NCBI RefSeq assembly: GCF_018350175.1
Contig: NC_058383.1
Span: 16,494,001 to 16,558,000 of the forward strand
Length of the DNA stretch: 64,000 nucleotides
DNA from: Felis catus
Taxonomy: Eukaryota
Direction: 5' to 3'
The notes beneath the pieces are model-generated. The model worked only from the letters and a program-made list of their open reading frames with translations. It made no database searches and was not told the DNA's origin. Below are positions 14,401-27,005 of this stretch, piece after piece (positions within the stretch are counted from its first letter, which is position 1; every line of letters starts with the position of its first letter). The translations under genes were made by a program, and so were the position numbers.

Positions 14401-17400
14401 TATAAATGTCTATGTACTGAATTCAGAAGCACCCAAATATATAAAACAACTAATCACAAACATAAGCAACCCTACTGATAAGAATGTGGTAATTGTAGGG
14501 GACTTTAATACCCCACTTACAACAATGGACAGATCATCTAGGCAGAGTATCAGTAAAGAAACAATGGCCCTGAATGATACATTGGACCAGATGGACTTGA
14601 CAGATATATTCAGAACTTTTCATGCAAATGCAGAATACACATTCTTCTCGAGTGCACATGGAACATTCTCCAAGGTAGATCACATACTGGGTCACAAAAC
14701 AGCCTTCAATAAATATAAAAGTGAGATCATACCATGCACACTTTCAGATCACAATGCTATGAAACATGAAATAAACCACAGGAAAAAGACTGGAAAACCT
14801 CCAACAAAAGCATGGAGGTTAAAGAACATCTTGCTAAAGAATGAATGGGCCAACCAGGCAATTAGAGAAAAAATTTAAAAATACATGGAAACAAATGAAA
14901 ATGAAAATACAACAATCCAAATGCTTTGGGATGCAACAAAGGCAGTCCTGAGGGGAAAATAAATTGACATCCAGGCCTATCTCAAGAAACAAGAAAAATC
15001 CCCAATACAAAATCTAACAGCACACCTAAAGGAACTAGAAGCAGAAGAGAAAAGACACCCCAAACCCAGAAGAATAAGAAGAGAAATAATAAAGATCAGA
15101 GCAGAAATAAACATTACAGAATCCAAAAAAAAAAAAAAAATAGTAGAACAGATCAATGAAACGAAGAACTGGCATTTTGAAAAAGTAAACAACATTGATA
15201 AACCCCTAGCCAGACTTCTCAAAAGAAAAGAGAGGGGACCCAAATAGATAAAATCATAACTGAAAATGGATTTATTACAACCAATCCCTCAGAAATATAA
15301 GCAATAATTAAGGAATACTATGAAAAATTATATGCCAACAAAATGGACAACCTGGAAGAAATGGACAAATTCCTAGATACACACACACTACCAAACTGTA
15401 ACAGGAAGAAATAGAAAATTTGAACAGACCTATAACTAGTGAAGAAATTGAATCCGTTATCAAAAATGTCCCCCCAAAATATGAGTCCTGGACCAGATGG
15501 CTTCCCTGGGGAATTCTAGCAGACAGTTAAAGCAGAGTTAATGCCTATCCTTCTCAAGCTGTTCCAAAAAAAAATAGAAACAGAAGGAAAAATTCCAGAC
15601 TCATTCTATGAAGCCAGCATTACTTTGATTCCTAAACCAGACACAGACTGAGCAAAAAAAGAGAACTACAGGCCAATATCCCTGATGAACATGGATGCAA
15701 AAATTCTCAACAAGATACCATCATATCAAATTCAACAGCATATTAAAAGAATTATTCACCATGATCAAGTGGGATTCATTCCCGGGCTGCAGGGTGGTTC
15801 AATATTCACAACACAATCAATGTGATACATCACATTATTAAAAGAAAAGATAAGAGTCATATGATCCTGTCAATCGATGCAGAAAAAGCATTTGACAAAA
15901 TACAGCATCGTTTCTTAATAAAAACCCTCGAGAAAGTCAGGATAGAAGGAACATACTTAAACATCATAAAAGCCATTTGTCAAAAGCCCATAGCTAATGT
16001 CATCCTCAGTGAGGAAAAACTGAGAGCCTTCCCCCTGAGATCAGGAACACGACAGGGATGTCCACTCTCACCGCTGTTGTGTAATATAGTGTTGGAAGTC
16101 CTAGCACTGGCAATCAGACAACAAAAGGAAATAAAACTCATCAAAACTGGCAAAGAAAAGTCAAACTTTCACTTTTCGCAGACGACATGATACTATACAT
16201 GGGAAACCTGACAGACTCCATCAAAAGTCTGCTAGAGAGGATAGATCAATTCACCACAGTTCCAGGGTACAAAATCAGTGTACAGAAATCGGCTGCATTT
16301 TTATACATCAATAATGTAGCAACAGAAAGAGAAATAAAGAATATGATCCCCTTCACCTTTGCACCAAGAATCATAACATACCTAGGAATAAACCTAACCA
16401 AAGACATAAAAGATCTGTATGCTAAAAACTATAGAAAGCTTATGAAGGAAATGTCAGAAGATACAAAGAAATGGAAAAACATTCCATGCTCATGGATTGG
16501 AAGAGTAAATATTGTTACAATGTCAATACTACCCAAAGCAATCTACACATTCAATGCAATCCCAATCAAAATTGCACCAGCATTCTTCCCAAAGCTAGAA
16601 CAAACAATCCTAAAATTTGTCTGGAACCACAAAAGACCCCAAATAGCCAAAGTAATTTTGAGAAGAAGACCAAAGCGGGAGGCATCATAATCCCAGACTT
16701 CAGCCTCTACCACAAAGCTGTAATCATCAAGACAGTATGGTATTGGCACAAAAACAGACTCCTAGACCAATAGAATCGAATAGAGACCCCAGAATTGGAC
16801 CCACAAATGTATGGCCAACTAATCTTTGACAAAGATTAGTGCAACCACTCTGGAAAACAGTGTAGAGGTTCCTCAGAAAATTAAAATAGATCTACCCTAT
16901 GACCCATCAATAGCACTGCTAGAAACTTACCCAAGGGATACAGGAGTGCTGATGCATAGGGGCACTAGTACCCCGATGTTTATAGCAGCACTTTTAACAA
17001 TAGCCAAATTATGGAAAGAGCCTAGATGTCCATCAACTGACGAATGGATAAAGAAGATGTGATTTATATATACAATGGAATACTACTTGGCAATGAGAAA
17101 GAATGAAATCTGGCCATTTGCAGCAACATGGATGGAACTGGAGGGTATTATGCTAAGTGAAATGTCAGGCAGAGAGAGACAGATATCATATGATTTCACC
17201 ATATTTCCTCAGAAACTTGACAGGCAACTAGGGGGTGGTGAAGGGGGGGAAGTTAGAGAGAGGGACACCAACCATAAGAGGTTCTACATACTGAGAACTC
17301 AGGGTTGATGGGGGATGGGGGGAGAAGGAAATTTTGTGATGGGCATTGAGGAGGGCACCTGTTGGGATGAGCACTGAGTGTGGTATGGACATCAATTTGA

Positions 17401-17450
17401 CAATAAATTATATTTAATTAAAAAAGAATTAAAAATTAAAATAAAAATTT
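11401..17450 (+). mobile_element. Near full-length L1 with a different, older 5'UTR type and an internal ~680-bp ORF2 deletion (left palindrome arm)
   Basis: 5'UTR, ORF1 fragments (13748..14023), ORF2 fragments (14486..16773), deletion junction at ~16834, 3'UTR and A-rich tail at ~17400-17450. Confidence 0.93.
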
Positions 17451-17509
17451 AAAAGTAAATAAAAGTGGAAGTATGAAAAACATTTACCATGTAAATGGAA
17501 GCAAAAATA

Positions 17510-18100
17510 ATATGGGATTTTAAGAAGCAAAACAGAAAAACAGTATGGAGTTCACTTAGAAAGTTGAAAATAGAAGTACCGTAAAATCTAGCAATCACAA
17601 TACTGGTATGAACGCCCCAAGTGCAGAAACACTAATTCAAATGGATACATACACCTCTATTTTTATTTTAGCATGATTTACAATAGCCAAATTGTGGAAG
17701 AAGCCCAAGTATCCATCAATAGATGAATGGATAAAGAAGATATGGTACATATATAAAATTAAATATTATTCAGCCATAGAAAGAATGAAATGTTGCTATT
17801 TGTAATGACATGGATGAAGCTGGAGAGTATAGTGCTAAGGGAAATAAATCAGAGAAAGACAAATGCCATAAAATGTCACTCATATGCAGAATTTAAGAAA
17901 CAAGACAAATGAGCAAAGGAAAAGATAGGAGCCACGAAACAGACTCTTAACTATTGATGACAAACCAATGGTTACCAGAAGGGAATGGGTAGGGGGAATG
18001 ACCACTAAGTGCTGTATGGAAATGTTGAATCAGTATATTGTACACCTGAAACTAATATTACACTGTATGTTAACTAATGGGATTTAAATAAAAACTTTAA
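17510..18100 (+). mobile_element. Old L1 3' end fragment
   Basis: caatagccaaattgtggaag..gatgaatggataaagaag L1 3' motifs, ending in an A-rich tail. Confidence 0.8.
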
Positions 18101-18942
18101 AAACGAGGAAAACTATTTTAAAAAATCAATAAAATCCTGTAGAATTCTATAGAATTTCTATATTCCCTGAGGTTTTTAATGTATCTACACTATGGGATTA
18201 TTGATATGACTATTGAGGCTTTTTGTGAGGTATAAATGCCATAGTCTTTGTGAAGTGCCTGATACACAGGGTCTATCTATAACAAATAATTGATAAAAAT
18301 TATGTTTCTTCCATTTCTCTTTTGGTATTTTTCATACACCATTTATTGTAAGATTTCACAAACCAAACAGACTTCTGAATTGAAAAGCTGAGTACTGTAA
18401 AATTTATATTTATTCTTCTGTGTTAAATTTTCTTCAGATTTTGTCCTAAATATTTTGGCCTTTCCTATATAATTGTACCTCTAAGAATTCATAGGGAATA
18501 CTTTTTCATCAAAATCAATTAATAAATTAAATATTGTTAGGTATTAAGTATTTATATTGATGCTTACTAATTTTTATCTTAGACATTTCTTGTATATCAA
18601 CCTTTCTATTCAAACAATCTATATAACTTCTGACAGATCATGAATTTATCTTGAATATTTCTGCTGTCTTTACAGCCTGTTGAAAACCTCATTTTTACCT
18701 GTGATTATTCTTCCTACTTTGCTTATTATCTTCCCAAATCTCCGTTTGGTTGCACATTAATTTTCAGAATCTCTCTGATTCTCACCTCCCAGAAAGACAC
18801 TTTAATTATGTTTAGAATTTATTGATACATGTATGGTAGTATTTATTAATATACCCTAATTGTATATCCATTAATTATTACAGTTTTTTCTCAATATTTT
18901 CCATTTAACTTGTATATTGGAGTTAAAAGTGGTTTACACATA

Positions 18943-19120
18943 GGGTACCTAGGTGACTCGGTTAAGTGTCCAACTTAGGTTCAGGTCATGATCTTGCAAT
19001 TAATGAGTTGGAGCCCCACCTTGGGCTTTCTGCTGTCAGCAAAGAGTTGACTTCAGATCCTCTATCTCCCTCTCTCTGCCCCTACTCTGTTCTCTCTCTT
19101 AAAAATAAATAAACATTTTA
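18943..19120 (+). mobile_element. CanSINE
   Basis: Degenerate head, CT linker and A-tail. TSD aaaagtggtttaca on both sides. Confidence 0.88.
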
Positions 19121-19463
19121 AAAAGTGGTTTACATATTATTTCCTCAACATTTTTTGTTTTGGGATAAAGACAATGTGAAAAAAATGTGTGAGTAAAAAT
19201 ATTTTTTATTTGTATTCCCCACAGCAGAATGCCTTGCTTTAGCCTCTACTCGGTAGTTTTCATTTATGTGCATGACCTGACAATAATGCTTGCAGAAATT
19301 AATTTGCACAAATTTACTGCAAGTCACAAAATCTGAGGCAGGGTAGATAAACTTGTTTGAATAAACATAATATTCTTTCTTTTGATTTCCACAACGGAAA
19401 TAGGTAACAGAGTAGGCCTTATTGGTATAAGGGAACATAATGAAAGTTGTTCTTACTTTCTAG

Positions 19464-19560
19464 GGACAATTACCTTTTGCTGTAGTAGGGAGTATGGATG
19501 AAGTGAAAGTTGGAAAAAGAATGGTCAGAGGCCGTCAGTACCCTTGGGGAGTTTTACAAG
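19464..19560 (+). CDS. SEPTIN14: Septin exon (probably SEPTIN14 exon 7), 97 bp, [32 protein letters not shown]
   Basis: tttctag acceptor and gtaaat donor. Translates to the septin PFAVVGS..RGRxYPWG motif. Not in the ORF track; read by hand. Exon numbering is from memory of the human gene. Confidence 0.92.
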
Positions 19561-19598
19561 GTAAATGTGATAAAAGTGAGCAGGCTTGCTCTGGAAAG

Positions 19599-19600
<2 letters not shown>

Positions 19601-19630
<30 letters not shown>
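19601..19630. repeat. (TG)15 microsatellite 40 bp downstream of the septin exon donor
   Basis: Perfect TG run. Confidence 0.95.
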
Positions 19631-19633
<3 letters not shown>

Positions 19634-20851
19634 TCTCATAGTCCTAAAATATTTTAACTTGAGTCAGTAGTGGTAATTGCTGCTAAATAGTAAATTGAGA
19701 GTTACTAATTAGGAGCACAGATTCTTTTACATTTAACTGAATTCTCACTTTGACTATAATTCATTCTCACAGTTTACCAGGTGATGCTTTAGACAAAATT
19801 TCTTAGAGGTTTGGTAGAACCTCCTCATTTACCCCAACCTGACATATACATAGTATCTCTCTCTGCATAAACTACTACATTCAGAATGTTGGAAAGTGCT
19901 CTGAACGAAAGAACTTTGAACACTATTAAAGTATAAATGCCAGTCTTTAAAACCTGTTACATGAATTAATGACTACTTAATTTGTAAAGCATTTTTAAGT
20001 GGCCACCAAAGAAAAAGGATGGTAAGCTATTTAAAAAAAAAAGAAATGTAATTTACTTTTGGAAAATTCATACCTATATACTTATATTAGCTATCTAACA
20101 TCATGATGAATTGAAATATTCTAATAGGCAGTCATTTATTCTCTGGTTTATATGATTGTAATACAGATTATTGGGGATTGGATTATCTCCACTTATACTA
20201 GTTTCAAAAATGTTTTAATTGATATATTAAAAATTAAACTTATGAAACACACTTCAAAACAATATATTTTAATGTATATTAAATTTGGTTACAATATCAT
20301 GCACAATAAAGTATATATTGTGCCCAGTAGTCTGGATATGACAAACACAGGAAAGAGCCATATAAACTAATTGGTTGATTTTGAATATTGACTAATTTGG
20401 TCTCATAAATATGGGGTATAAATAGAAATAGAGAACTCAAACATGCATAACTTTTAATGTTTTCATGTCAGCAGGATTTACATTAATTAAAGTGTTTCAT
20501 TAGTGAAATATTATATTCTGTGTTAGCACTCAGTGAAATACCTTGGAGGACAGTTTGTAAAATACTAACAATTATTAATGAAAAACTGTGTACACTAATA
20601 TAACATATTATTTCACTGTTTCTTATTTATTCTTTGACTAATAAACTTAAAGCAACTTTCCTGGTCCAAAAATAAACTCTGCCTATAATAGATATGTCCC
20701 ATATAATTGTAGTTACAAAGAATTATAGCTATTTAACAGAACGATCTCTTAGTTGTTATTTTAAATGTTTTTCATGCACATATCCACTCTAGAATACTGA
20801 TTGGGTGCAAAGGATTGATAATGAGTGTTGTTACTTTATTTTTCTACCTAG

Positions 20852-21020
20852 TGGAAAATGAAAATCACTGTGACTTTGTCAAGCTCCGGGATATGCTTCT
20901 TTGTATAAATATGGAAGACCTGAAAGAACAAACTCACACTCAGCACTATGAACGTTATAGGTGCTGCAAACTGGAGAAAATGGGCTTTACTGATGTGGGC
21001 CCAGACAACAAGCCACTTAG
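20852..21020 (+). CDS. SEPTIN14: Septin exon (probably SEPTIN14 exon 8), 169 bp, (V)[16 protein letters not shown]...[13 protein letters not shown]
   Basis: tttctacctag acceptor and gtgagt donor. Contains the septin [13 protein letters not shown] motif (ORF 20815..21024). Phase 1 matches the previous exon. Confidence 0.95.
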
Positions 21021-21149
21021 GTGAGTAGAGAAGATCATGTCAGAACAAGCTAATGGGTGATTTAGAAACCCCCTACAACGATGATATGCAATCATTTGGG
21101 AATGAGAATAACTGCTTTTCACATTCTGGGTCATACTGAATTTTTTTAA

Positions 21150-24100
21150 TGTCTTATTTTTTTATTTTTATTTTAAAATATAATTTATTGTCAAATTGGC
21201 TTACATACAGTGTGTAAAGTGTGCTCTTGGTTTTTAGGGTCGATTCCTGTGGCCTATTGCTTACATCCAACACCCAGTGCTCATCCCAACAAGTGCCCTC
21301 CTCAATGCCCATCACCCATTTTCCCCTCTTGAACACCCTCAGTTTCTTCTCTGTATTTAAGAGTCTCTTATGGTTTGCCTCCCTTCCTCTCTGTTTATAA
21401 CTATTTTTCCCCTTCCTTTCCCCACAGTCTTCTGTTAAGTTTCTCAAGATTCACATATGAGTGAAATCATATGGTATCTGTCTCTCTCTGCCTGACGTTT
21501 CACTTAGCATAATACCCTCCAGTTCCATCCATGTTGCTGCAAATGGCCAGATTTCATTCTTTCTCATTGCCAAGTAGTATTCCATTGTATATATAAATCA
21601 CATCTTCTTTATCCATTCGTCAGTTGATGGACATCTAGGCTCTTTCCATAATTTGGCTATTGTTAAAAGTGCTGCTATAAACATCGGGGTACTAGTGCCC
21701 CTATGCATCAGCACTCCTGTATCCCTTGGGTAAGTTTCTAGCAGTGCTATTGATGGGTCATAGGGTAGATCTATTTTAATTTTCTGAGGAACCTCTACAC
21801 TGTTTTCCAGAGTGGTTGCACTAATCTTTGTCAAAGATTAGTTGGCCATACATCTGTGGGTCCAATTCTGGGGTCTCTATTCGATTCTATTGGTCTAGGA
21901 GTCTGTTTTTGTGCCAATACCATACTGTCTTGATGATTACAGCTTTGTGGTAGAGGCTGAAGTCTGGGATTATGATGCCTCCCGCTTTGGTCTTCTTCTC
22001 AAAATTACTTTGGCTATTTGGGGTCTTTTGTGGTTCCAGACAAATTTTAGGATTGTTTGTTCTAGCTTTGGGAAGAATGCTGGTGCAATTTTGATTGGGA
22101 TTGCATTGAATGTGTAGATTGCTTTGGGTAGTATTGACATTGTAACAATATTTACTCTTCCAATCCATGAGCATGGAATGTTTTTCCATTTCTTTGTATC
22201 TTCTGACATTTCCTTCATAAGCTTTCTATAGTTTTTAGCATACAGATCTTTTATGTCTTTGGTTAGGTTTATTCCTAGGTATGTTATGATTCTTGGTGCA
22301 AAGGTGAAGGGGATCATATTCTTTATTTCTCTTTCTGTTGCTACATTATTGATGTATAAAAATGCAGCCGATTTCTGTACACTGATTTTGTACCCTGGAA
22401 CTGTGGTGAATTGATCTATCCTCTCTAGCAGACTTTTGATGGAGTCTGTCAGGTTTCCCATGTATAGTATCATGTCGTCTGCGAAAAGTGAAAGTTTGAC
22501 TTTTCTTTGCCAGTTTTGATGAGTTTTATTTCCTTTTGTTGTCTGATTGCCAGTGCTAGGACTTCCAACACTATATTACACAACAGCGGTGAGAGTGGAC
22601 ATCCCTGTCGTGTTCCTGATCTCAGGGGGAAGGCTCTCAGTTTTTCCTCACTGAGGATGACATTAGCTATGGGCTTTTGACAAATGGCTTTTATGATGTT
22701 TAAGTATGTTCCTTCTATCCTGACTTTCTCGAGGGTTTTTATTAAGAAACGATGCTGTATTTTGTCAAATGCTTTTTCTGCATCGATTGACAGGATCATA
22801 TGACTCTTATCTTTTCTTTTAATAATGTGATGTATCACATTGATTGTGTTGTGAATATTGAACCACCCTGCAGCCCGGGAATGAATCCCACTTGATCATG
22901 GTGAATAATTCTTTTAATATGCTGTTGAATTTGATATGATGGTATCTTGTTGAGAATTTTTGCATCCATGTTCATCAGGGATATTGGCCTGTAGTTCTCT
23001 TTTTTTGCTCAGTCTGTGTCTGGTTTAGGAATCAAAGTAATGCTGGCTTCATAGAATGAGTCTGGAATTTTTCCTTCTGTTTCTATTTTTTTTTGGAACA
23101 GCTTGAGAAGGATAGGCATTAACTCTGCTTTAACTGTCTGCTAGAATTCCCCAGGGAAGCCATCTGGTCCAGGACTCATATTTTGGGGGGACATTTTTGA
23201 TAACGGATTCAATTTCTTCACTAGTTATAGGTCTGTTCAAATTTTCTATTTCTTCCTGTTACAGTTTGGTAGTGTGTGTGTATCTAGGAATTTGTCCATT
23301 TCTTCCAGGTTGTCCATTTTGTTGGCATATAATTTTTCATAGTATTCCTTAATTATTGCTTATATTTCTGAGGGATTGGTTGTAATAAATCCATTTTCAG
23401 TTATGATTTTATCTATTTGGGTCCCCTCTCTTTTCTTTTGAGAAGTCTGGCTAGGGGTTTATCAATGTTGTTTACTTTTTCAAAATGCCAGTTCTTCGTT
23501 TCATTGATCTGTTCTACTATTTTTTTTTTTTTTTTGGATTCTGTAATGTTTATTTCTGCTCTGATCTTTATTATTTCTCTTCTTATTCTTCTGGGTTTGG
23601 GGTGTCTTTTCTCTTCTGCTTCTAGTTCCTTTAGGTGTGCTGTTAGATTTTGTATTGGGGATTTTTCTTGTTTCTTGAGATAGGCCTGGATGTCAATTTA
23701 TTTTCCCCTCAGGACTGCCTTTGTTGCATCCCAAAGCATTTGGATTGTTGTATTTTCATTTTCATTTGTTTCCATGTATTTTTAAATTTTTTCTCTAATT
23801 GCCTGGTTGGCCCATTCATTCTTTAGCAAGATGTTCTTTAACCTCCATGCTTTTGTTGGAGGTTTTCCAGTCTTTTTCCTGTGGTTTATTTCATGTTTCA
23901 TAGCATTGTGATCTGAAAGTGTGCATGGTATGATCTCACTTTTATATTTATTGAAGGCTGTTTTGTGACCCAGTATGTGATCTACCTTGGAGAATGTTCC
24001 ATGTGCACTCGAGAAGAATGTGTATTCTGCATTTGCATGAAAAGTTCTGAATATATCTGTCAAGTCCATCTGGTCCAATGTATCATTCAGGGCCATTGTT

Positions 24101-27005
24101 TCTTTACTGATACTCTGCCTAGATGATCTGTCCATTGTTGTAAGTGGGGTATTAAAGTCCCCTACAATTACCACATTCTTATCAGTAGGGTTGCTTATGT
24201 TTGTGATTAGTTGTTTTATATATTTGGGTGCTTCTGAATTCAGTACATAGACATTTATATTTATCTCTTGTTACAGCCTTTAATTGAAAGTGTAGTTTGT
24301 CTGACATAAGTATGGCTACTCCAGCTTTCTTTTGACTTCCAGGAGCATGATACATGGTTCTTCACCCCCTCACTTTCAATCTGAAAGGTCTCAGGTCTCA
24401 AATGGGTCTCTTGTAGACAGCAAACAGATGGGTCTTTTTTTTTAATCCATTTTGATACCCTATGTCTTTTGATCGTGGCATGTAGTCCATTTGCATTAAG
24501 TGTTATTAACGAAAGATATGGATTCAGAGTCATTGTGTTATCTGTAGGTTTCATGCTTGTAGTGATGTTTCTGGTCCTTTGTGGTCTTTGCAACATTCCA
24601 CTTACAGTGTCCCCTTAGGATCTCTTGTAGGGCTGGTTAGTGGTGATGAATTCCTTTCAGTCTTTCTTTGTCTGGGAAAACCTTTATCTCTGCTTCTGTT
24701 CTGAATGGCAGGCTTGCTGGATAAAGGATTCTTGACTGGATATTTTTCCTATTCAGCACATTGAAAATTTCCTGCCACTCCTTTCTGGCCTGCCAAGTTT
24801 CAGTATATAGGTCTCCTACTACCCTTATATGTCTCTGTTTGTATGTCAAGACTCGTTTGTCCCTGGCTTCTTTCAGAATTTTCTCTTTATCCTTGTATTT
24901 TGCCAGTTTCACTATGATATGTCATGCACAAGATCAATTCAAGTTATCTCTGAAGGGAGTTCCCTGTGCCTCCTGGATTTCAATGCCTGTTTCCTTCCCC
25001 AGATCAGAGAAGTTCTCAGCTATGATCTGTTCAAGTACACTTTCCACCCCCTTCTCTCTTTCTTCTTCTGGAACTCCTATAATAGGGATATTATTCCTTT
25101 TCTTTGAATCACTTTGTCTAATTCCTCCCTTGTGGTCCAGAATTTTTAAAACTCCCTTTTTCTCAGCCTCATAGTTTCCCATAATTTTATCTTCTATTTC
25201 ACTTATTCTCCCCTCTGCCTCTTCAATCTTCACTGTCATCACCTCTAGTTTATTTTGCACCTCATTTATGGCATTTTTAGACTCATCATGGCTATTTTTT
25301 AGTTCCTTGATCTCTGCAACAATAGCTTCTCTGTTGTATGTTTTTTTTCAAGCCCAGCAATTAATCTTATGATGATTATTCTAAATTCTTGTTCAGTTAT
25401 AACGTTTATCAATACTTTAGCTGTCATTTCTTCCTGGAATTTCTTTTGAGGAGAATTGTCATTTTGACTGGTTTTCTCTCCTTTGTGTGTCTTAAAAGTT
25501 TGTTACATGCCCTGCACCTGTGAGAAGTAATATATTAAAGAGGTGTCATACACTGTTCAGGGTCTGTACCTTCCATAGGTGTCTTTTGGAGTGTGTTACT
25601 TGCTCTCAGTTGTTGTGACTTTGGTTTACTTTATCTCTCTACTTTTCATAGTGATGCTTCAACCCTTCACCAGGTTTACTTTGATTTGTTGATGGAAGTA
25701 ACCCTGGAAAGTAAAACAGACAAACAAAACACAAACACACAAACCAAAAAACCCCCAGAAAACCCCACAGAAACACCAGCTACAAGTAAACAATATGGTG
25801 GAGGTAGTGCTTATGGAAGAGGCCTTATCCCATACTAAGAGAGAAATGACAGGGTTGGGGAGAAAGAAAGGAAAATTGACCAGAGAAACTGTATGGATTA
25901 ATCCAGAGGGAGAGAAAGGAAAATAAAGAAGGAGCTGTATAACATGTATAAAGCCAATAGATTAAATATGTCTGCTTAAACAAACCAACAATCAGAATAA
26001 CCAGACTCGAGAAGGGGAGAGATAAGAAGGAGAAAAGGAAGTAAGACTGTGTCTATATAATAAGAATTGTCTGAAAATTAAATCAGGCAATGCAACAGTG
26101 CTGGTCTGGAGGAGGGGCTGTCTGGTTCATCAGTGTCAATCCTGCTCTCGTAGATACGCAGTTACCAGGCACAGAGGGGCATGGTTTGGTGTAGGCGGGT
26201 CCTGCTTCCACTCTGGGCTCACTGTTCATTCCCTGAAGCCTCACATTATTGGTGATGGGGAGAAAAATGGCACCCTAGTCTCTCCTCCATGGACAGTGTG
26301 TCCCAAACCACTCTGTTCAGGCTGTCTTCACTGTGCCATGGGCTCAAACAAGGTGATTTGTCCTGCTCCACTGACTTCTGTGCCTCCCTGCATCTTGGCT
26401 GGGACTTAAACCCCGATGTCTAAAGGTTCCCACTCTATACACCCTAAGTTTTGGGAAGTGCCTCTTTGCACTGCCAGATATATGGTCTCTGGCTGGCAGG
26501 TGCAGGCAGTCTTTTTCCTCTGAATGGCTATATACCTTCTTCCCACACCACTCCAGGGAGGGAATTGCTTTCTCCCTCTGTAGACTGCACCTCTGAACTA
26601 GTTACTGAGCTTGGGACTGGCTCTCCTCTTCCCCAGGTGTGCAAACAGGGCAGCTCGTCCAATCTGGAGAAAGCCCCACAGTTAAGAGATTGGATCTTTC
26701 TCAGTCCTGGTCTGTGGTTTTTCTCTTGTCCAGATACAGTCCTATGCTTTCCCACCCTCTCTTTCTCTTCCCTTTGTCTCTCCACAGAAGGTGATTCTTC
26801 CCCTCCATTCCTCTGCTGCCCGTTTTATCTCTCCCAGTTTGTAATCACACACCAATGGCCTGCCAGTTTGTCCCAGTGGGTTCCTGGAGGCATCTCTGTT
26901 ACTTGGTCGCCCAGACTTTTGGAGTTCAAAGTCCTTTGGCCTCAACACTGCTGTGTTTGAGAGATGAGGGAACTTCAGATCCCCCTACTTCTCTGCCATG
27001 TTGTA
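21150..27005 (-). mobile_element. Near full-length antisense L1 in a septin intron (right palindrome arm)
   Basis: T-rich tail at ~21150-21180. ORF2/ORF1 fragments have translations identical to those of the 11401-17450 element. The 5'UTR ends near ...ctctgccatgttg at ~27003. Confidence 0.93.

Larger units (their letters stand above)
13623..25037. repeat. Long inverted repeat: arms 13623-17199 and 21461-25037, spacer ~4.26 kb
   Basis: Every mirrored ORF pair sums to coordinate 38660 with identical translations, so there is no net indel. Five substitutions were spotted by eye. Confidence 0.96.
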
